Below are positions 13,222-27,905 of a stretch of 64,000 bases of DNA, one piece after another; position 1 is the first letter of the stretch, and every line of letters begins with the position of its first letter. Source of the stretch: Lytechinus pictus (taxonomy: Eukaryota); NCBI RefSeq assembly GCF_037042905.1, contig NC_087245.1:28212001-28276000 (forward strand). The letters run 5' to 3'. Under the pieces are notes generated by a model. That model had not been told where the DNA came from, searched no databases, and saw nothing but the letters and a program-made list of their open reading frames with translations. Made by a program: the position numbers and the translations under genes.

Positions 13222-14509
13222 TATATCATTCCATAAAATGACTTGAAAATCTGTCTATGGTTAAAATATTTGTTGCTAAAAGAATTGTGATTAATTCTGG
13301 GTAATCAGGCCTGCTGGCTGTATAGTCGGTAGCATCGATTGTCACCAGAAAAAGGATGTATACTCTTAACTTACATTCAAACAATGCTTTCACAGCATTC
13401 TTTGTCTCCTTAGCCTCTGTTCATTCCTCCTCGAGCATTCTCCACCATGATACAATGCTACAGCAAAAATGACATAAAAATCAAGAGTATTTAAGTGAAA
13501 AGATCAATGATAATACTCCAAGTGATTTATTAAATGATTTGGCAATATGCAGTCACTAATCAAATATGCATAATACATGCAGCATGAAAAATCCTAGCAC
13601 TTACAGTGATTATTTCCTATCAAAGGTAAAAAAAAATAAACGTTCTCATTCCATTCTGTGTCTAGTTCCATTCGACATGATCATACTTTTGACAGTCTAT
13701 GTTTCCATGACAATGTATGATCAAATATCTTTTTTAAAATAATTCATGTAAATTTTTGTGCATTCATTGAACCATTAATTTGTAAGTGATCACTGAAACT
13801 TTCGATAGGATACATGTACCTCTTAAAATATATAAGTCGGGGCCTCTAAGGATCTCATTTCTACAGAATTATTCTGTCTGACATGGTCAGTTTTTGCCAT
13901 CCTAGACAAATTTAGAGATGAAACCTGGGAAGACATCAAAATGTCTTGATACCCAAGTATAATAACCAAACGCATGCAATATAAAGTCAACCTCAGAACA
14001 GAAATGACAGCAACCTTTTGTATCAAATTCTGTCAGACATGATTATGAAAATTTTGAAACAAGCCCCTAAAACGTTGAATAATCAAGCATCTGATCAGGG
14101 TAGCCATACTAAAGCTGGCATAATAGTACTGTATGTAGCACTTAGAAATATAGTATATTTTAAAGCGCTATATAAATGTTGCATATCATTATCATCATTA
14201 TCAAACTGAGATTCCATACACATTCTGTGAAAGAAACAGTTATGGCATGTATTTTACTTAGGCACACATAGATACCTGCGATGTCATAACAGAAAGGAGA
14301 CTTGACCTCTTGAACTGTGAGGTCATTGAATATTAAGATGGAGTGTAAATACACGGCATGCTCACAAATTGGCATTATTTGTATTACATTGCACAGCAAG
14401 TTGCATATGAAGGGGGAATTCTTCAGATCTTGTGCATCGTACAATATGCTCTGATATTGTCAGACAAATCATATACCCTATAAAAAGCACTTTAATGCAC
14501 TACTAAAAT

Positions 14510-14850
14510 CAGGCATGATATTCCCCTCTGAAAAATAAATCTGAAAAATAGCCAAGGGTTGCTAAGTCACCGCCGAAGTGCGAGGCGCCCTGGTCAGGGT
14601 TACAAGCTCTTGCATATTAAAGAAATCGAAAGTGATTTTTCAGGGGGAGTCTGCATGATAGTTTTATCATTTGACTTAAAAAAGCAGTAAAAAACAGCAT
14701 GAGAATGTTCTTGGGCAAAGGATTTCACGTTAAAAAAATAATTTTAAAAAAATTGAATAAAAAATAGTTAAAAAAAATAAAAACTGAAAACAATTATTTA
14801 AAAAAAAAAAATTTGAAATTCCAATTTAAATCGGGAGAATATCATGCCTG
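14510..14850. mobile_element. hAT-like MITE, CAGGCATGATATTC TIR, 6-bp TSD
   Basis: TAAAAT on both sides; the paralogous empty site near 16377 has one TAAAAT. Confidence 0.85.
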
Positions 14851-15583
14851 TAAAATGCCCTATATAAAAGAATCATAAACACTGCAAAACTTACCACTGG
14901 TTCTGGTGACATATCTCTGGGCCTTTTCTCAAGTTGAGTTCATCCTCCATCATGACGACTTATCAATAATCTAGCTCCATATTCCATGCTTCCTGCTGGG
15001 CTTCCTTATTCCAGATGAATCATTTAAACTTGGTAGATGGTTAACACCAACTAGGGGTGCATCCATGATGTTGTACACTAGGTGACATGGCTGCAAGTAA
15101 AATTACAAAAATATCATTCTAAAACATTTCATTTTCAAAATATTCATTGGACTGTGACACCCGAATATAGCAAATAAATAGAAGTTTGCATTGAGACAAA
15201 TGGACTTCCGATAGATGCCTTTCCTTTCCAACCAGTCTCAAGATCACTGGGGACCAAATTGTGGAGATTCAACATGCTGAAGTTTGAACGATGGGTCTTG
15301 CAGTTTTTGCTGGGTCCTGGACCATGATGTGAGTTTAGGAGTGTAAGTAGAAGTTAAGCGAAGACTAGGTTGAAGTTAGAAAGAAAATAAAAACCTGACA
15401 CTAACACAAAAAATATTGATCATTTATATAGCTTAATCACAAATGCAATAGACAAATGACTATTTATTCGTCTAGTTTAGAATCTCCTCTCTCTCGACTG
15501 GAATAATTTAGGCATTTCCACTTAGAATAATACTGCCAACCCATTCAAAATAGTAATGCATGATTTTACTTTTGTGATGTTAA

Positions 15584-16124
15584 AGGTCGTATGAAATACA
15601 GCAAAAATGCTGATTTATTCGTTAGCTTAGTGGTTACTAATAACGATTCCATCAAAATTTTACCAGAAAAACATCCCACAGGTTCAAAGGCAGTTTTATA
15701 TTGAAAATTGAGCCAAATTCGCCACGCCCACAAAAAATTCAGCCCGATTTGGTTTCGTATATCACGTGACAATTATGACGTCAGGGGAAGAATCTGCTGA
15801 GTGTTGCTGACATTTGGTGCGTGAAGTGCCTATTGTGGTTGCACGTGTGGATTCACGCAGGTGTGGATTCACATGTGCAATAACTAGGGGTCCGGCTGCA
15901 CAGCTGAGAAAGCTTTCTTTCGATGACGTCACGATGATTGACAGGTCGATCGGCCGACTTTTTCAAAAATTTAGTGGGCGTTCCCGTTGAAGTTCATTTC
16001 CATGGAATATCTCAACACCGGTTCGTCGTACACAGAAACCGATGGCAAATTCGTATTTTTCAAGTAAAACTACCCAAGAATAGATATATATCCCAAATAA
16101 GATGGTTTTTGTGTCATAGGACCT
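15584..16124. mobile_element. Kolobok-like non-autonomous element
   Basis: TTAA-AGGTCGTATGA ... TCATAGGACCT-TTAA (TTAA TSD, AGG..CCT termini). Confidence 0.8.
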
Positions 16125-17980
16125 TTAATGATGATGCACGAATCTCGGGTATTCACAGTACAATACAACAGCACCCGATGCAAGCACATTGTACTTGTTG
16201 CCTATTGTAAATAACCGGGTTGGATACATTGCCAAAATAGCTCACAAGTTTGCATTAAAACATTGCACAGAAAATTGAGTATAAAGGGAATTCTTCAGAT
16301 CTTGGTGCACTGTGCAATAGGCTTTGATATTCCATAAACAAATCATGAATTCTAAATAAGCAATTTAATGCACTGATAAAATGCCAACATTATATATATG
16401 TAGGCCTTGATAATAATCATAAACAATGCAAAACTTACCACTGGTTCTGGTGACATACTTCTGGGCCTTTACTTGAGTGAGTTGAGTCCATCTTCCATCA
16501 TGACGACTTCTTTATAATCTAGCTCCATATTTCATGCTTCCTGTTGTGACTCTTATTCCAGAAGAATCCTAGTTTTTAGGTATACTCTCATCATGGATAG
16601 CACTCTGCAGGGAGAAACGTAAATATCAGATAAGACTTTGTTCTCGGTCATGAATGAAAGAATTTGTCTCAAAGTGATTGTGAAATTATGTTTAAAATGC
16701 ACTGAAGATCTGGCGTTTGCTTCCGCATGAATCATCAAAACGATAACTGACAAAATTCTTCTATTTGAGGGTCATGCATTTCACACAGGTGAGCATGTAT
16801 TGGAGTCTGTGGACTACAAACAATTTTATCGGCCAGACAGTTCAAACGATAAAAATTCCCTTCTCGCAAGGTGAGTTTTTAGACAACACTCCAGTCTCCT
16901 TGAGTTATAGTATCAAGTCACGTCTAGCACAAACCAGAGTTGACAGAAAACTTGGTCATTTTCACTAAAAAGCAAAGGATAATTTCTGTGATCATTTTGG
17001 TATAACATATAATATTATTCATTTCCTTCCTTCCTTTCTTTCCCAAGGCTCTTCTTTCACAACTTGAACCCCCCCCCCTTTGTAGGTCCCTGTCACTAGT
17101 TATGACGAGGCTGGCAAGATTATTTTATGACAATTTGATATGACGAAAAAAAATTGACTCTGCACTTACTTTTAATATAGGCCTACTGATCCTTGCAACA
17201 GCAGCCAGGGCTCCTTCCAAGGTCATACCCATCCATTTATGGTTGATAGCTACCAGTTTCTCCTTGAACCGCATTCATCCATCCTGTAAAATACAAATTG
17301 TACCACAGATTTTAGGTCTGAAATACATGTAATACAGAGAAGCATGCATTCCTCATAAGGATGGACATTTTTTTTCAGACCTTAACATTAGCCCTAACAT
17401 CATGGTTTAAGTATATCAATTAGGCTACATGTACATCTATAAAAAAAAAAAAAAATTCAAATTCAAAATCTTGCAGGCCCCAAACCGAGGCTCTGTCTAT
17501 GGTAAGCAGATTGTGCTTATTGCAGATGTGCAAATACATGGGCCTACTCAATGATCAGAATAAAACAAATGAATTGGGACATGATGATGGCACTCAATAA
17601 TAAGGGGAAAAAAAAGAAATGCAACAAAAACATTCGAAAAACATATTGCCCAAGTTAATGAAATAGGTTCATATTCTAAGTTTCAATTTATTATGACATT
17701 CCAAAAACCTTGGTTTGAGACAAAAAGTCATTGATCTTAGTAAACTTGTAAATGAAATCCTGAATAAATCAAAATGCAAGAAAAAGGCAAATATAACTAC
17801 CCTATGCTGTACTATATGCACTGTACTGTATATATGTACATTGTACACTTGAATCTCTTGATTCAAATCTAATTAGCATAAATTGCTTTTGAGTTGAAAA
17901 CGTAGCCCACTTGTACATTATTTATTCATGCCAGCTGAAAAAAGGCAGACATAAATTTTATAAACAAGGCCAGCATAAAG

Positions 17981-18408
17981 CAGACCTGCCAACCTCTGGG
18001 AATGAAAAATTGTATTCTGTGATAAAAAAAGTGTATTTTTCCCCAAAAAGGGTATTTCATAATAAAATGCTTGGCGCACTCGCTCATCGTGGCGATCAAG
18101 ATGCATTCAAGCTAAAATGCGCACTGCTCCTGCAGATGAAAAAAAAAACATATAAACATGTGTATATCTCACCCTGGTTTTAACAAAATAATTGGGAAAA
18201 AAAAGTTACCTGAAATTACATTGATCTAATAACTATATTTTTGTAAGTTTTGATTTTTGTCAATAAATTACGATTTTGTAAAAAAAATATTTAAAAAAAT
18301 AAAAAAATTATTTTACAAAAACATATTTTTAAAAGAAAAAACGTACTGCCGTATTTTGGTTGCAAAAACGTACTAAATAAGCCAAAAACGTACTGGTTGG
18401 CAGGTCTG
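17981..18408. mobile_element. hAT-like MITE, CAGACCTGCCAACC TIR, 6-bp TSD
   Basis: Perfect 14-bp TIR; ATAAAG on both sides. Confidence 0.85.
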
Positions 18409-19788
18409 ATAAAGGTTAGCTGGGAGTATGATATGTTGTAGAGTGGTACATGTATGTAATTGCATGTTCATTGTTATATTGATGTGGTAACATCATCATG
18501 TCATCATCATGTGACTAGTCACATATTGTTTTCTGTCTCTTTATTCTGGCCTTGCTTGCCCACTGCCTCCACCTGATTCGCAAGCAAGGTCTCTCTTATA
18601 TACCCCAGAAAATGATAAGGCAATCTTTTGATAGGCACCCATCATGGTTTTACTCCCTAAATTTCATGCATTATCATGATGTTTGAGAATAGACTTTATG
18701 CTTTCATCCAATAGGCAGAGAGGAGGTGAGAATCTTTTATCATGCATACAATTAGGAATTCATTACACAATTTGAATTTATAATGACCAGTTCACAACTA
18801 AGGTGCGTTCAAAGGTTAAGCCTACAATGGCTAAAATATTAGGAAGCAAGCTACCCTCTGGTTCTTTGAATTTCAATGGTTAGTATTCTTCCATTCATTA
18901 TCATCTGTCCACTATTAAGTATTGAAAAATGCAGAATAAATATGTGCATCACCTTCAGGAATTTGTCTGATAATGGGTCTTTAAACCTCAATGAATGCAT
19001 GATACATGATTGCTACGAGGTCAGACAATGACCTGCTAGCTAGATAATTTCACCTGTCATGTATACCTTTGAAACAAAGATGAATGCATGGTTTAAAATG
19101 GATGTTGCTAGGTCAACCATGGGTTGGTGAATAAATCTATAGAGTGGCCATTAACCCATTGAGCCCAAGATATTAAACTTGAACATGATTTATGAAAAAT
19201 GGGTATCATACCCAATGGGGCTGTGTAGTTGTGTGGGATTTGTTGATCAATTTGACAAGTTATATCTCATTTTAAAGTTAAGGATGTCCTTTTCAAGCTA
19301 AATAAAAATCTCAAAAAGCTCATTTTGGGCAAATTTTGTTGGTTTTGGGGTGGAAGGTTACTTATTAGGCAACATCCACACATTCTGCAATATAATACCA
19401 TTACAGGCCAATGAAATTGAAGAAAGAAAACTGAGAAATTCTGCCCAGAAATCTTGTTTCAATCGTTCTACTTGGTTGATCTAAGGTTGTAAGTTTGATA
19501 AGGAAATTTAGTTCTTACACTGCTAATTTTTCAGTCTGCAGTGACAATGAATTCTTACATATTTCTTTGAGTTAATTTCACAGATTCTGGCAATAAAAAA
19601 TCACCCATAAAAATAAATTGTTATGACCCAGGCCTACATGTACATGTAACTCTAAAAAAGTTTAATTTAATTTATTCTAGGAAAAAAAAAAAAAGAAACT
19701 CACCTTTCACTTGAAACTAGGGCCGAGTCGAACTGACCGGTCCACCTATGACCAACCAATGCTTCCAGTCAGTGATGCAATTTCCTCC

Positions 19789-20303
19789 AGACCGGTGGAC
19801 CACGTGAAATAAATAAATACAAGAAATTCAGATTCACAGACTTTGAAAATCAATCGGTTTGAGGCCTAAATTTATTTTTTTATTATCGATGAAGTATGAC
19901 GCTGGAAATAAGAACACCAAGCAAGATTTTTCAATTTTATTGCTTGAATTTATCAGCCAATAATGTTACAATCTTGTTGCGTGGGCATGGTCATTTTCTT
20001 TTGTCTGTTTGCAATTCTCAGTTACTCTGCTGCAGAACTACAGAGGAGTGGTAAAGAGTCACAACATACAAAAACAATGACCACATCCGATCGGACTTAA
20101 CAGGCCGATAAAATTCAAGCGATAAAATTTAGAAATCCTGCTTGGTAATCTAATTTCTATAGTTCTACTTGCTTGAATAAAGGTGTGAAATATAGATCAT
20201 GTGAACATTTTAAATCTAGATAAGGAGATGTTGGTATTCAAAAACTTTTGGTGACACTGAATTTCTGATGCATTTTTTCTTTATTTCATCAGTCCCCCGG
20301 TCT
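19789..20303. mobile_element. Palindromic MITE
   Basis: AGACCGG..CCGGTCT ends with imperfect ~230-bp inverted arms. Confidence 0.7.
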
Positions 20304-21657
20304 CCGTTGTAATATCACTCGCGGTCCAAAAGTCAGAGTTTCATTGTTGACACTCTTCATCTGATCCTGTTAAAATGAAAAAACAACATATATGTATAAT
20401 ATGTAACAAAAGATAACATAACTACGCCTTCAGTGCAGAAATAAGAAAATATAACAAGCCTTCTAACTTTTTTTAAGCCAAGGATGAGCCCTGTTTATAA
20501 TGTACATGTATATACATGTATAGACATGTACAACGATGCCAACCTTCCAGAGCATAAAATCAGTAATCACAATGCTAACAACTAATAATTTGGAGACAAA
20601 TTCAGTACTTTTCAGTAGGCCTACTGTTTCAGTTCTATCCAGTACGCATTGCAAATTTTTCTACACGATGACCTGCACTGATGATTAATATAACTGTTTG
20701 ATATTGTTCTTTTTTCAAAATACTGGATGACTTCCTTCACAAACTCTCAATATGTTTTTATAGATTGATACTTAAATGAAAAGTTGACAAGTCTTTTGAA
20801 GCACACTTAATACCCTGAAATTATTGTGCAAGGTGACAAAAAGAGGGTTCAAAATATCCACGAATGGGGTCATCAAATTAGCTCAAAATTTGCACACTAA
20901 TTAGGCACATCCTGTTCTTAATTAGTATCAATGAAATATCTCATTCAGTTTTTGGTTTACTGGAGTCCAAAACTAAGGGCTACTTTGGTTTTCAGGAAGA
21001 ACAATTTGCAAAATAATAAAAAAGACAAAATATGGGTCTAATTTTAACTGTCAAGACTGACCAAACAACTTTTAACCCTAATAGAGCCAAGTTATTTGGA
21101 CCTCTCTCAAAGTGGGGGGGGGGGGGATTCGTGTATACATGTAAATGTATCTCGGCCGCCGATTACGTGAGCGCTACAAAAAGTTGCACAGGGGTAGCAT
21201 GTGATCAAATCTACAAGGATGTATGGTCATTTTTTCCAAAATCAGAAGATTTATTCATATGAATTAATTATGCTTATTTGTGAATGAAATAAAGAATTTA
21301 CTCTAATTAACTAACAAGTGGAACGCCTCTGGCGGTCTCGCACATGAATACAATAGAATATACAAATTAATATCAGACTGTCAATTAATGATTAGAATGC
21401 TCTCGCTACTTGCACATTTAATCAATGTCAGCTAAAACAGAAGGTAAAATTGTTTTGGATAAGACAAATGATACTATAAAATATTTGAATATAATATAAT
21501 TAAGTATATGAAATTCTCTTACAATGTTAAAGAGTAGTTCATATTGCAAACAAAAAAGTAAAAAGTGTTTTAACAATGTTTTCTCTTTAATTAGATTTAT
21601 TCAAGTGTCATGATGTTAGATGTCATTCAAATACCATGTAACAGAAACGACCATCAT

Positions 21658-24600
21658 CTAACAAAAATGGCACTTGAAATTCAGAGCCACGATCTCTTCG
21701 TCTGTCAGACCTTCCAATCCATGTGAACAAATTATGTGAAGCCATCACTCGCAGTGACAACATCCCATCCATTCATCAAGATCATTGGCCTACATCCCTC
21801 CGCATTCTGGACATGTGTTAACATCGATGACAGGATGGTCTTCTTCAGTGTTCTTCATCTTCTTCTTCCTCTTCCCATCTTCTTTTGCTTTCTTCTTTAT
21901 CTCTCTCCCCTCTTTTTGTTTTCTCTTCTTCTTCTTCTTCTTGTGTTTTTACCTCCTGTTTTTTCTTTAGGTACTTGAGACATGCATCACTGCTAATGCA
22001 TTTCGGCAGGTCATCACCCTTCCGTCTCTGTGCCTTGACCTATGAGATTTGAGGGTAGCTGAGGTGCTTCTCCAGCGGAAGAGACTGTCCACCAGAAGAA
22101 CCTGAGGTTGAACATGTTGCATCCCCAGAGGGACCAGGGGCCTGAGTGCTTGCATTATTCCCCTCCTCCTATACTTTTCTGCATACAGAAGAAGGTGCCA
22201 ACTTCTCCTTAGCAAACTGCTTCGAGAATGGGAAAATCCCTGTTGCTCAAAATGCAGACTTCACCAGCTCCTTCCTTCTGCGAACTTCCTCCCAGGGTCT
22301 CCTGAAAACACTAGCAAATGTGTACTTTGTTACATACTGGCCCGGGTTAGCCTGTCGGAATTCACGCTCGGCTCGAGCCCATGCCGACTTTAACGGCTTG
22401 AAGAAAGCCACATCGCAGGGTTGGATTATGTGGCTGGCATGGGCTGGAAGGGGATATAACTCGATTCCAGCATTGTTGCACAGCTTGCCAACCTCCTATG
22501 TAATGTGGCTACTGTGCCCGTCAACAAGGAGTAGCACTAGTTTTGGTATTTCATGATCTTTGACCCAGGGATGAAGCTGTTGGCCATATACTTGAAGAAC
22601 ACCTCACTGTTCATCCATTCACTCTCACATCTCCCAAGGCAGGCTTCGGGTCCATCCTTCAATGGATTTTCCTTGAACCTCTGGCCTGCTAGTACAATCG
22701 TCGGTGGAAGGACGTGATCAGATGCCGATATTGTCGCTAAGACAGTGACCTGGGATTTGTTGCTGGACCCAACAGAGCTGACAGTTCGGCTACCCTTGGT
22801 GGCTACCACTCTGGACACCTTCCCACTCAGAGGAAAGCCACTCTTGTCACAGTTGAAGATTCGTCTGGGAGAAATGTGGATAGAAGAGCACCCCTTGCTG
22901 ACAAGGTAGTCATCCAGGTTTTCATCCATCTTTGCCTCCGTGACCACCGCTCGTTCGCCACCAAGCAGTTCTGGCTCCCTCTCTGACAGCTCAGGATGTC
23001 TCTTCAAAAACCCCTTTGGCCACTTCTGTCCTGGCATGCCGGCCCTGAGGGGTGTTTCCCTGTTATCCTCTGTTACTATCTTCTTGACAGTCTATTAAAT
23101 TGAGCAATGAAGACAAAGTAAGGATAGGCTTAGTAAATGCTCTTCTGGACATGATCGCGGAGCCAAAGTAGATGGCTAGCATTCTGACAATTAAACCAAG
23201 TATGTCAACCATATTCTAAACTACAATTTTGCACCACATTTCTTGTGTCTCGGCTCAGGGAGAAGGGCTCGGGTTCAAATCCCAGAGGCTTCAGACCAAG
23301 AGACGTACAAAGATGGAGGTATCCTTGCTTGGCATTCAACAATTGAAAGGAATGGAGCAACATCGATCTGGTGCTGCGATAATGACTGCCGGGCCCACGA
23401 TTACATAAGTTAAACGAATTTAGAGTGGACATTGAAATACAAAATAAAAATAGAAATAATTTTCTGTGTCATTATTATCATGATCATAATTACCATAATC
23501 ATTAGAATTATCATAAACATTATTACCATTATTGTTACCATTATTGTCATTATTATTTTAATCTCAACCTTTATCAACATCGTCATTTCGTCAGAGCCTA
23601 ATAAATGATATCAAAGCATAAAACAACTCATAATATAGAAAGAAATATGTTGCAACAGACAAAAGAACAGCAACAAACAAAATTGGTTCTTGAAAATGTT
23701 AATATCAAACGAACGCTTTTTGTGAATATTGATGCTATGGTTATGATTAGTATAAATATATAAAAAACTCACCTGGGGCCCGTTTCAGAAAGAGTTGCAA
23801 TCAATCGCAACTTTAAAAATCATGCGCAACTTGATTTTCAACCAATCAACAGCACGCATTTTGGACTTGTGATTCATTTTTTTACTTGCGTTTAAACGCA
23901 ACTCTTTCTGGAACGAACCCCAGATGTCGTTGCTCTGGACTTTGAGACACCTCATCTCTCCTACCCTCATCGCTAAGATTACTTACCACATCTGCTCTTC
24001 ACCTCGGACGCTCATCCAGACCTATATTCTTCTTCAACTCTATTGCTTCTCATAACCAATTTTCATTTGCTTTACAGTCCTTTCCAAAAGTCATATATGT
24101 CTCCTTTATTCTTTCTCATCTCATCTCTCTTCCTTGACTATTTCATATAAACATCTCACTCTTGTCTGTTTCTTCTTTGGACAGCAATACTACAAGGGAA
24201 ACGAGTATTCAATTCTCTTCATTTATAACATCCTTTAACGTAAACAATCACATTAATAAGAGCAAAAATACAACAACCAAAAATTAAATCAATAATAAAT
24301 GAATAAAACTTTATTAACATGATTTGCAAACAATAAATAAAAAAGTAGAAATGTAATGAAGAGAAAATACAGTGAATGTATTCCAAACACATAACATATA
24401 ATCCAGCAATACGGTATTCAAACTTGTTTTTGAATTAGGCCTACCTGTTGTACATGTAACTCCAGTCTGTTAATGCCGAATCCTATTCTGGCCATCTGCT
24501 GGGCCCATTTGGCTTTCTTCGTCTCCTCTTGGAAGTTAAAATAAGGGCACGGCCCTTGAGTGGATTTAATGGGCATCTTTCCAGCGACCTGAGGAGATAA

Positions 24601-24866
24601 GGTAAGGATGAAATATGTATATTTTTAGGAAAACCTAAATGAGATAAAAGAAAGCAATAACGTATAGGAGTGACTTTTACATATTCTAAGTTTTTTTTTA
24701 ATTTTCACTTTGGTATGGAGGCCCTACTTACTTGATCAAAAAGCGTTGACTTGTAAATTCCATAAGTCTTTGCCGCTTTCCTGATTGACATTCCGTCAAC
24801 GAGAATCCGGTTGATGGCCTCGTCAACCTGCTCCTGACAGTAACTCCTGTACTGATTTCTTGGCAT
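21658..24866 (-). pseudogene. Decayed pogo-superfamily (DD35D) transposase: HTH_psq + CENP-B-type HTH + DDE_1 + lysine-rich linker + PHD finger; exons 24866-24732, 24588-24445, 23091-21658
   Basis: MPRNQYRSY..GMSIRKAAKTYGIYKSTLFDQ|VAGK..EETKKAKWAQQMARIGFG..|TVKKIV..PGQKWPKGFLKRHPELS..IFNCDKSG..LLVDGHSSH-(35 aa spacing)-QPCDVAFFKPLK. C-terminus reads CPEC..WMGCCHCE*WLHIIC..FKCHFC*. There is a frameshift near 22570 and several in-frame stops. TIRs were not found. Confidence 0.9.
23775..23921. mobile_element. Short Harbinger/Tourist-like MITE; related hairpin MITEs at ~1088-1245, 4179-4313, 8125-8333, 35821-36000, 40149-40297, 45378-45519
   Basis: GGG..TTTCA(T/G)AAAG ... CTTT..GAAAC..CCC inverted ends with CWG-like flanks. 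Confidence 0.6.
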
Positions 24867-25506
24867 TCTTTCAACCTTCAAGAAAATCATAAAATAAATT
24901 TTTTAAATAAACGTCACATTGGGAAGGGCATTGGAATCAAAGTGCCTCCATTTAATAGAGAGGAATAGAATATAGGTTTTAAGAAATATATAGGCCCTAT
25001 ATATTTCTATCATCTGGCATGATTTTCTCTTGAATACAGAAGGTGTTTCTTTTCAAAAAATAATCATGCTATTATTCATATTATGAGGAAATATTACAAT
25101 CGTTGAAAACCCGTATTTCAAACTCCAGTCTCACAACTACATTTATTAATACCGCAACTTATTCACATTAAAATGATAGGTCTAGGCTGTAGACAAACTC
25201 AGATTGCACTGGCTTTTATAGCAACAGTAAATTGAAACTTTAAAAATTATAGTTCATCATTCAACCATTGAATATGGGGAAATAATTAAAAATTCTTAGT
25301 TAAAACTTGAGAAAATTAAACGCTTATATTTTTATGCATCAACGAGATGTATTTCTAAATAGAATAATGAAGAGAAATTGTTTCCTTTGTCGACAGAGGG
25401 AAAAGCGTCTTTGCTGACAAGTGTTACACAAGCGCACTGGCAACCACTCAATGTTGTCTGAAAGAATTTTGGAAGAGCGCCCTCTCAAGACAAGGGTGAC
25501 ATATAG

Positions 25507-27348
25507 CAGGGTTCCCACAGAAATTTGAAAAGGGAATTCCATAACTTTTCCATGACTTTTCCATGACTAAATTGCTGCTTTCCATGACTTGCTTTCTGGC
25601 ACGGTTTCCAAAATCAGACACAATATGATGGCCTCCATAACCTCCCCTCACAGCCATCCATTCCACCCACTACGTTACTCATGACATGCACATCTACATG
25701 TATTATCATTGGTATATGGTCTGTTTCTGACCAGGGTACAGTACCACTTTCGTTTCACCAACATCAAGATTCAAAATTGTTTTGATCACAAACTCATGTA
25801 ATGTCTTGAACTGACAGATTTTCATGAACTATTTCCAAATTTTCAGAGCATAGCATACAGATCTTGTCACAAAAGTGAACTATACAATAGATGTAAATGT
25901 CAAATTTTCCAGGCATATTGAAATTAGGATCCTGAATTCACCTTTACTACAAAACTTCCACATAAAAGTCATGGAATTCTGTTTTCAAATTTCTGGGGGA
26001 ACCCTGAACTACGGTAAATGAAGATGAAACACTTTACATATGTCACACATGAGCCAATTATTACAAAAGAGTGACATTTAAGTTTTACAATAAGGTGACA
26101 TGAAAAAAAAGGCTAACAAAGACATCCTCATCCTAAAATTCTCAACATAGTGCTGCATTTCACTCTACATTACAAAAAATGGGGCCATTAGTGATACAAC
26201 TTGAGGACACCAGCTAAATTAACAAGTGTATTTCTCTATACAGTATGCTCCAAAAATAATGAGGATATCTTGAAAATTGGACATTTGATGCCTATTTTGG
26301 TGTTTCATTAAACTTCATTTTCAAGTAACTTTTCCAGAGAGGACACATTATTTGACGCTAAAATAGCAATTGAAACATCTTGTGTAACTAAGGGATTCAG
26401 AACCTTTTGAATGTATTGTGTTCTGATAGCCATGCTGGTAGTGCTTGATCAGTTGTGACTTGATATGTCAACTAATTGCCATGAATGTTGAGTAAAATTG
26501 TACAAAACTTGAAATTCAAATTCTCTAAAAACAACTAAGAACGCAAAACTGGTTACAAAATGTGACATATTAAAAATACATTGACTGATTGGCATCTTAT
26601 ATCATTGCAAATAAGATGAAATTTTCTGTAGTCTGGTTGTCCGAATTTATTGTCAGGAGCAATCAATTTATTCATGGCCATGAGTATTTTGAGTGAGGAA
26701 TGTGGATTGTGGCTGTGTTATACATGTATTCACAAAAACCTTTTTTTATTAAATGTTATTTCAACCTTGCTAGCCCTAACACTAAGTTCCCCAGGGAACA
26801 AATCATTTAGCAATAGTACTGGCAACTAAGTAACACTGCAATTATAGTGAAAGTGGAAATTACAGTGAAGGTCAGGATTGGGGTAATTACAGTGTACTAC
26901 AAAACAGTACAACCAGGAACCTAAATGATGCTATATACATGTACAACTGCATGCTACCAACACTTTTCTGATGGCACAAGCCAAAAAAAAAAAAAAACAG
27001 AAAGTATGCAGACTACATGACTGTAGACCAAGTAACATTGAAAAGCTCTGGAGGCAAGGGACGCCACACCCTTTCAGCTTTCCACTGGAAACTATGTCCC
27101 AGGAGTTTTGTAGAATTTGGGATGTCACAAAACTGGGAAAAATGGAATTATGAACACCAATTATAATAGCAGAGTATGATAATTAAGTAAGAGAGAACTT
27201 TGCGAGACACGACAAAACGGAAAGCTGCCATAGCCATGAGGTAAATGCAATTCCATGACTTTTCACAAATTTTCCAAATTCCCTGACTTTCCAGGACCAC
27301 AAATTTTTCCAGGATTTTCCAGGATTTTCCATGACCGTGGGAACCCTG
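25507..27348. mobile_element. Non-autonomous hAT-like element, CAGGGTTCCCAC TIR, 6-bp flanking repeat
   Basis: CAGGGTTCCCAC..GTGGGAACCCTG; subterminal TTCCATGAC repeats at both ends; ATATAG on both sides. Confidence 0.8.
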
Positions 27349-27905
27349 ATATAGATACTCTTGCTTGCGCTTGGCCTGCCATTTGCGCATTCGCTGCGAC
27401 AGAGTGAACATCTTAACTCTCCTCTACACACTCATACCAAATTCATTCCACAAATACACATAGTTATTTCACAATCGGAGTCTACATATGGCTATGCATG
27501 TTAACTCTCCTGCTAACTAATACCCGGAAGTTGATAAACTTGGCTTGACTGCAGACTTTTGAGGTATTTTTGGAGAAGTTGGACGTACTATCTGATTTCC
27601 TTTGAACTGTGTGGGTGTCTTGTGCAAGTTTGGAGACTTATGAATTATTAATGAGTTTCAACCAGCTGTTTGACCGAATTCTGGAGTATGACTGAATACC
27701 GGTCGCGTTACTTTAAATCCACTCACACGTATTGCGAGGTTAGTATGCCACACTAACCTTGCACAACATATGTTGTTTGACAATGGATTTTGAAGTTTTC
27801 CTTCATTCCACGAATGTGGGGGAATAAAACGCCAAAAAACTTTCTTTAATTACTGTGTTATTTTTAAGATATTCGATAACTTAATGATGAAAATTTATTA
27901 AAATT

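Larger units (their letters stand above)
14230..16565. repeat. Diverged local duplications: ~14230-15020 vs ~16200-16565; ~15020-15230 vs ~11190-11390
   Basis: Shared blocks gggaattcttcagatcttg, aaacttaccactggttctggtgacata, tccatcatgacgactt, cattgagacaaatggact. Confidence 0.8.
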
